Part shown: positions 57,772 through 64,000 of the stretch, piece after piece
Layout: the number at the start of each line of letters is the position of its first letter
Position numbering within the stretch: the first letter of the stretch is position 1
NCBI GenBank assembly: GCA_973895155.1
Contig: OZ316891.1
Coordinates: 32,021,808 to 32,085,807, forward strand
Source: Marsupella aquatica
Taxonomy: Eukaryota > Plantae > Marchantiophyta
Direction of reading: 5' to 3'
Length of the DNA stretch: 64,000 nt
Notes under the pieces: generated by a model
Databases searched by the model: none
What the model was told of the DNA's origin: nothing
The model's input: the letters and a program-made list of their open reading frames with translations, nothing else
Program-made: the position numbers and the translations under genes

Positions 57772-60214
57772 TGTCACGCGATTGACATGGGTCTTAACAC
57801 CAAAGACGTCACTATGGGTGCCAAAACCATCTCCTTGTACCTGAGGATCACGAAGGGATGTTGTGAAGGCCGGTAAACACCAATTTATGCCCTTAACACC
57901 AGACTATCATAGCAAAGCTCTATCACACATCACCCAAGCTCAATCCCAAGGAACCAAGGTTGGGGATCAGATCTGCGCTCATGATAGTTCTGGTGAGAAG
58001 GGGTCTTCATATCGGGCCCGTACACACAGGGCCTAGCGCTACGGTGCGCATAGGTCTATACGTATGCTTACTGTCATAGGTATGTTTCTATTCCGCCGCC
58101 GGAATGTACCCATAAGCCGGAATGTACCCATAAACCAGTGACTCCTGACTGATTCCCGGCTTAGGGACTTCTAAGCCATTGCCCCACCACTCTGCCATTC
58201 CACTCTCAGCAATCAGAGCTGTGACAGCCCTCACCCAACCCACTTCAATGCACCCGGTACACCTCTCAGTGGCGCTGCTAGTCTCATCATACACTCAGAT
58301 TGCCTCACACACACACACATCCATGAGAGAAATGAGGCCTGAAAGGAAAACTCAATTGGATTCAAAGATGTGCACAATAGTTCACTGAGAACACTTGATC
58401 CGAACACTAGGCCCGAAGGCTGTCTCCTCCAGATTGCGACGTGCTTGCCCCGCAAGCCCCGTGCTTGCCATGCAAGCTCAATCCTGAACTTGAGCCCGAC
58501 TCACTCCAGATTGCGACGGCAGATTGGACTCGAACCAATCCCGTACTTGCCTTGCAAACTCAATCCTGAACTCAACCTCCTTCACTGCACTTCATTCTTG
58601 GGGGCACGTACAGATCTCACACCTCCATTTCAGAATGTCAAGTACGCATGCACAGTTGACTCGACTTCAAAGCTGGTACCAGGCCTAACGGCGATCTACC
58701 CCAGACTACAATGAGGCCCGGCCTCATGCTTGCCCTGCAAGCTCAGCTCTGGCCATAGATCCCTTAGTGCTCTCCACCAGACAAAGGCCGAGACTCCCCA
58801 TGGATCTCGTAGCCTTGCCAGACTGAACTGTAAATGCTCCTCCTGCTGCCCCTAAATCAGTACCTCAGCCTCCCTAATGTGCCCACCGCAAATTGCATTG
58901 AAATCCTCCCCACAGTTTACAATCACCAACACATCACCTTCACCAAGGCTCTGTATCGGGGGAAAAGAACCCAGTTGTGTTGCCCACTAGAAAGAGCCAC
59001 AATCCAGCTCGCAAACCTAGCAACCCGTTGCTGTGAAGCTTGGCTGATTACTCCCTGAGTAATAGCACAACCAAGCTCTCCCCAACACGCAGTGTCCAAG
59101 TCCAGCCTTGCTTGCACAGAGCTCCTCCCTGCTGCTCAGTCTAAGTGAGATCACACAACTGAAGTTCCCCCGCTGCCTCTACCGGAGGGCTGCTCTATAT
59201 ACTCTCTCATTGAGCCCAAATGGGTGGATGCTACGCTGCTGGAGCCCCATCCCAGCCCTAACAGAGCCGCCACTATCTCTAACTACTGAACCCTAACTCG
59301 CAACTTTATTTCTATCTCGAATTGGCTATGTACTTCGGATTCGGCCCTCCTCCATGGTTTTTGCGAGCTTACGCCTCCTCTCCCGATTTCTGTATTCAAC
59401 CATTTGCTGCGTGGATAACAGCGTTGGAAGCGGCTTGAGCTCCTCTTTCCAACGAGGTCAATTATAGCCGATTTGGTCAAATACATAGAGAGTTATGCCC
59501 CCGTAACCGAGAGGGGGTACTCACTGTTGCGCTAACCCGAGTTACATAGCTAACCCGAGTTCGGCTAACCTAGCTATCCTATCTAACCCGAGTAGAGCTA
59601 ACCCGTGGTCTCGGGTTAGGCCGCTACCCGCTATCCGCTATCCGCTATCCTAACCTAAGCTGAGCCCGAACCCGAGCTTACCTATGCTAACCTGAGCCCG
59701 AGTTTAGGCTAACCCGAGTTAAGTCTAACCCGGGATCAATCTAATCCGAACCCGGGTTAAGCCTAAGCTGAAGCCGTGCTTACCTGAGCTAAGCTGAAGC
59801 CGTGCTGACCTGAGCTAAGCTGAAGCCATGCTCACATAAGCTAAGCCGTGGTCGAGCTTGGGTTAACCCGAAACTGAAGCCGAATCCGCTAATTCCGGCC
59901 ATAAGTTAACCCGTCACACTAATCAGGCCGTATCTTTCTTAATACACCTCCGTTTCCCGAGTGTTTTATATCGATTTTACTCGCCTTGACCAGATCTTTC
60001 CAATGCTCTTTACAGATCCGGATTTGGTGACATATTGAAAGAGATATGGTCGCCGACCACCTGTGATATAGTTTTTATTTCCCTACTCTTAACGCCATGA
60101 TTGCCCTTATTCTTGCCATCTTGCTAATTGTTATGCAATATCAATAGCTACTCCTTGCATACAGCAACCTACTTAATCAGATTACAAAATAAGGACCATG
60201 TCATTGGCGTCACA
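57772..60214 (-). mobile_element. Solo LTR, family D copy 2 (2443 bp), inverted
   Basis: Reverse complement of 23866-26300. It has its own TSD CCCAG at 57767-57771 and 60215-60219 and sits in the TnpA-like gene. Confidence 0.92.
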
Positions 60215-61730
60215 CCCAGGCTCAAGAGGGTGCATCTGAATCCTCCAAGCATGTAAGTTATATGAGTTCTGATTGGTAATTGAATGACCTGCGTTGAATT
60301 TCAGGTGTACACTATATATAACATTGATTGTGCATATATTGCCCAACATTTCATATGGAGTGATTGAACCTATACCCCTGTGTCATGTAGGGAGGTGGAT
60401 CTTCACTTATAGAGATAAGTGGTCGTTTGAAGGCTGTCGAAACATGTCTTCCAGAGATCAATGAACGTTTGAATTCATTGACTGACTTGTTCCATGTGAA
60501 CTTCAAGACATTAATTGAAGCTGTTGTGTCGGTGAGAAATAAAATTGATTTCAATTCTGCAAGAGTTCCACCATCACCACTTGAGATGGCAAAGTCGATG
60601 CACTCTTCTGGCATGCCAACGACATGTAGGCTTGAAGGTAAGGCCTTTACAACTGTGTGGGATATGATTAGTAAATGTATAGTTTGAATTGACATAGTTT
60701 GTTGAATGTATTATTTTCAGTAACATGTATTGTGGTTGTTGTGTCCATAGAGAATAAGACAGGTGCTGCAGAGAAGAAGTATGAGAACCTGGCAAATACT
60801 TGCTGTAATTTAGAGGCAACAAAGTTGCAGTCTGTACAAGCAACTTGTTTGACAGAGGGCAGTCAACCATGTTTGGATGAGGATGACATTGGCAAGGGAG
60901 TGGATGATATCAATGTTGGGGCAAATGAGGATATCAGCAAGCATGATAATGATACCATTGAGCCAGATTCATGCTATGTAGATCTTGACTCCATTGCATA
61001 GATAAATGATTTGCAGAATGTATCATTCTCAATGACAGGTGTGCCTCTTGTTGAGATAAATCCAACCAAAGAGTTAGTTGGTATGACACTCCCAGGTGGT
61101 GAACCTGCTGCTGTGACAGTCCTAACAGAGGAACCTACTGAGCCTAGCTTTACTACTGTGAAGAGAGGAAGCATGCGCACACGAAGCAAGTCTGCTGGTG
61201 GGAGCAGAGCCACGTCAAAGGTTTCATACAAACCTCCAAGAACGGTGTTGGCAGAAAGATCTAAGGTGGAAGTCAGGAAAGCACCTAATGCTGAGGGACA
61301 AAGTGGCTTGTTAGCTGTTGATGAGAGTGGAACACGAGTAGGATTTGGCAGAGTGCAGGTTGGTTCCACAACGTTCCATGGCAAGCGGATTCCCCCAGGT
61401 TATTCAGTAGTGTTAGTCACATTACTAGTGAAACCTAAAGCTGTCCTTCCCATTCCAAACACAAATGATGATCCTCCTCAAAAGACACTTGGAGATGCTA
61501 CAGGTTCTTTGGTATTATGGCCAAACAAGTTCATAGAGGATCCATAACAATGTCATGCCATTATTTGTTCGTAGTGTGAGTCATGTTATGTAGATTTTAG
61601 ATGTCAAGAAGGAGTACAAGAATCATGTCCTCTTGGAGATTCATAGTATCATGCATGTGCTTTCAGTTATCTCATCATGCAATCATCAATTATGAGTTCC
61701 TGTTTTGTCTGAATTACATTGATCACATTG

Positions 61731-64000
61731 TGTGGTGCGTCCCATGGCTCCCTAAACCCAAGAAACCCCCCAGCTCAAGCCGATTCCCGCAGGTTTCGTG
61801 CTTGGCGAGGCCGTTTCCGCGGCTTAGCGGCATGGGACGCTGCTAACCTTCTACTACTACTATTAACATTTTACACACATATACTGGACAGATCCTTCAT
61901 CGGGTCATGAGATACGTAGCCGGCCTAATATAGGCCTTCCCCTGTCTTCCCCTGTCTTCCCCTCCGTCTTGTTAGGTATGTTTGGATTCCGCCGCCGGAA
62001 TGATCCCCAATAGGCTTGGTTAAGCCGCTAAGACCTCTCTGAGCTCGACACATCCAACTCTCACTCCCCTGCTTACTTTCCTTCCTTCTGTTGATGTGGG
62101 CACTCTTCACACAAGTTAATGCGACACACAAATAGCAAAATGACTCATTCTGACTGAGTCATACCATGCACTTGCCATACAAACAGTACATCTCATACAC
62201 AAGTTCTGCGAACTAAGCCGTGAGGCCAACTCTATTCAGCTCTTAGGCATGAGGAAACATGAATATACACAAGGGTCACTGTATGACTAACCGAGAGCTT
62301 CTCGTACTACTTGATCCCAGCCCGGCTGGTGCAAACTAAAAACTTGCTAAAGAAGAGGCCCTGAGCTCCCCGCTGCCCAGGTACTTATCCTGGTAGTGGA
62401 TCCGCCATTCTTTGCATCGTAAGCCTAATCTACCTGACAGTAATCTACTTGCCCGAATCTACCTACGTACAGCAAGGCAGGAGCACAAGTGTTGCTCCTA
62501 CCAGTGGGACCGCAATCCCACTAAGCTAAGTGTCAGGGCCGCTCCTGGTTCTGATCCTAATCCTAAACGTGGAGATCCGCGCCCGCCCTGCCCACTCACG
62601 CCTCCTCCCTCCACGTCCGCCCTCCCTAAAAGGAACGGCGCCCTTGCACCGTCACGACACCGGTGGTGGATCCTTAATGGACGCCCCCAACGCTTCCTCC
62701 TCAGCCACTGCCGTAGGCTCATTCCCTGACAGATTACCTGCCCTTGACTGAGTCAACTCTCCATCGGCCTGACTGGGTCCACCATCGGCGTCGGCATCGG
62801 CTCGAGAATCGGTTACGGCCTCAGCCTCGGCTACGGTCTCCCCGGCCTGCTCAAGAGGCGGATCTGGAATACTGGCCTCCTTACTGAGTAGTTCGGCTTG
62901 GGCCGCACCATCCCTACCTGTGATCATAGCGGGATCTATTGCCGTATTCATGTCGGAGGATGGTGCTGGTTCTACCTCTTTGGTCACCACGGCTTGTGGA
63001 GTCGGATTACTCCTTGACCCTGAAGGTTTCCGCTTTTTCTTCTTTTCTGGTTCGGCAGCTGGTCCCTTCCCCTTCCCACTTACCTCCGGCACTGGTGCAG
63101 TTGGCGCGGCTTTTTCTTCGGCCAGTACCACTCCTGGTAACTTGGTTGCCCCAATTGGAGTTGGGCCTGATGAAGACAAGCACCTAGATACTGCGGCTTG
63201 TTTCTTCAGCCGCTCCGTTTGGTTGTCGGCCCGCCGCTGGAGGTTCTCCATCTTCCTCGTGATTTCCTCCAACTCCTCCTGGGTCTCATCCAGGTCCTTG
63301 CGTGCCTCCTCTAGTTCCTTCTGGGCTTCCTCCCGTTCTTGTTTCAAGGTAGTCCTCTCCTCCTGGGTTGCTTTTAGCTCCTTGTCGAGCTCTGCAATGA
63401 TGACAGACTCCATCTGGTTCATCTTGGCGTAAGTCTGTTCGAGCATCTCGTCCTTCTCCCTTAGGTCGGCCTTGAAGCTGGCCGTCAGGGACGCAAGCTC
63501 CTGCTGCAGCGCCATAATCCCTTGATAGGATTTCCCTAACTCGGCCTCCTTCTGCTCAAGGGCTCCGCGGATTTTCTCGAGCTCCCCTTTCAACGCCCAT
63601 TCCTTTCTTTGGGTCTCCGCCATGGCCCGGCTGTTGGCTGTTATGTGGGCCTCCTCTGTATTTTTCAGCTCTTGCTTCCACTTCTCCCTCTCTTTGATCG
63701 TGTCGGCCAACTCTTCCTGCGTCTGAGTCAGTTTATCCTTGATATTCTGATTATCAGCCTGCGCGGTGTCCAACTGCCCCTGCATGATGTTCAGCTCATG
63801 TCGTTTAATCCGCAGTTCATCTTGGGCTTTCTTGGCCGCCCTTAGATCTTCAATCTCGGCTTCCATCCTCCTAAGCCGCCGAATGACCTCGTCCTTCTTG
63901 CTTCTCTCTAAAGCCACCGCTTCTTCTAATTGGTGCTTCTCCAACTGCTCCCTATGGAAAAAGGGTCCTACTTCCAACTCCTCTCCAAAGATGCCGAGCG
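61731..64000 (-). mobile_element. Family A LTR copy 2, inverted, continuing beyond the window
   Basis: Starts TGTGGTGCGTCCC, the reverse complement of the 7091 end, and is colinear with ~4830-7091. The left flank CATTG is the predicted TSD. Confidence 0.9.
62652..64000 (-). CDS. C-terminal part of the family-A LTR-encoded coiled-coil protein, open in this copy
   Basis: At least 441 codons without a stop. It reads through the site (AKMNQMESV) that is TAG in copy 1. Confidence 0.8.
   Translation of the reverse strand, partial: LGIFGEELEVGPFFHREQLEKHQLEEAVALERSKKDEVIRRLRRMEAEIEDLRAAKKAQDELRIKRHELNIMQGQLDTAQADNQNIKDKLTQTQEELADTIKEREKWKQELKNTEEAHITANSRAMAETQRKEWALKGELEKIRGALEQKEAELGKSYQGIMALQQELASLTASFKADLREKDEMLEQTYAKMNQMESVIIAELDKELKATQEERTTLKQEREEAQKELEEARKDLDETQEELEEITRKMENLQRRADNQTERLKKQAAVSRCLSSSGPTPIGATKLPGVVLAEEKAAPTAPVPEVSGKGKGPAAEPEKKKKRKPSGSRSNPTPQAVVTKEVEPAPSSDMNTAIDPAMITGRDGAAQAELLSKEASIPDPPLEQAGETVAEAEAVTDSRADADADGGPSQADGELTQSRAGNLSGNEPTAVAEEEALGASIKDPPPVS

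Larger units (their letters stand above)
42178..61547 (+). pseudogene. tnpA: CACTA TnpA-like multi-exon gene, interrupted by the Gypsy element and by solo LTR D2 (clearest parts 57051-57568 and 61011-61547)
   Basis: PPPASCDDKVWARLVAYFVTDASKKKSSQMTEARLSVQNPNLIGRTG resembles the Ptta/En/Spm transposase region. FHGKRIPPGYSVVLV...LPIPNTNDD...TLGDATGSLVLWP resembles the TNP1 C-terminus. Further upstream exons probably lie in 40550-42070. Confidence 0.7.
26962..64000 (+). mobile_element. CACTA (En/Spm) element 2 with transposase genes; right end not in the window
   Basis: TIR CACTAGAAGAAACCGGCCC at 26962, similar to the TIR at 9821 and preceded by TGA. It breaks homology with the paralogous sequence at 36324 (TGGTAATAA.GTGA|). 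Tnp2 and TnpA-like genes lie downstream. No matching ...TAGTG terminus was found. Confidence 0.65.

Noticed and set aside
23866-60214. Family D copies (or family A copies) as the paired ends or TIRs of one giant element
   Set aside because: They are inverted, and each complete copy has its own 5-bp TSD, so they are independent insertions.

Overview
Eukaryotic, land-plant-like genomic DNA, judged from GT-AG introns, a plant RPL18A exon, a tRNA-Asp-type PBS and CACTA elements. The window is almost entirely nested transposons. It holds two related CACTA/En-Spm elements whose left TIRs lie at 9821 and 26962; the second appears inserted into the first, and neither right end is in the window. Both carry the same co-oriented cargo: a Cys/His ORF, a stand-alone EDM2-like PHD module, a tandem Pol-lambda-like BRCT gene and an F-box gene. 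In CACTA-2 this cargo is followed by the degraded Tnp2/TnpD and TnpA genes. The window also has one very young, intact Ty3/Gypsy non-chromovirus (42223-57045, TSD CAATA) whose ~4.1-kb LTRs each contain a 618-aa ORF. Five TSD-flanked solo LTRs, one truncated LTR and one LTR running off the window make up the rest. Two other LTR families also encode large proteins inside the LTR, and four LTR families share a small covarying hairpin near the LTR 3' end. A spliced minus-strand gene starts at the left edge. All family assignments come from motif recognition by eye; no searches were run.
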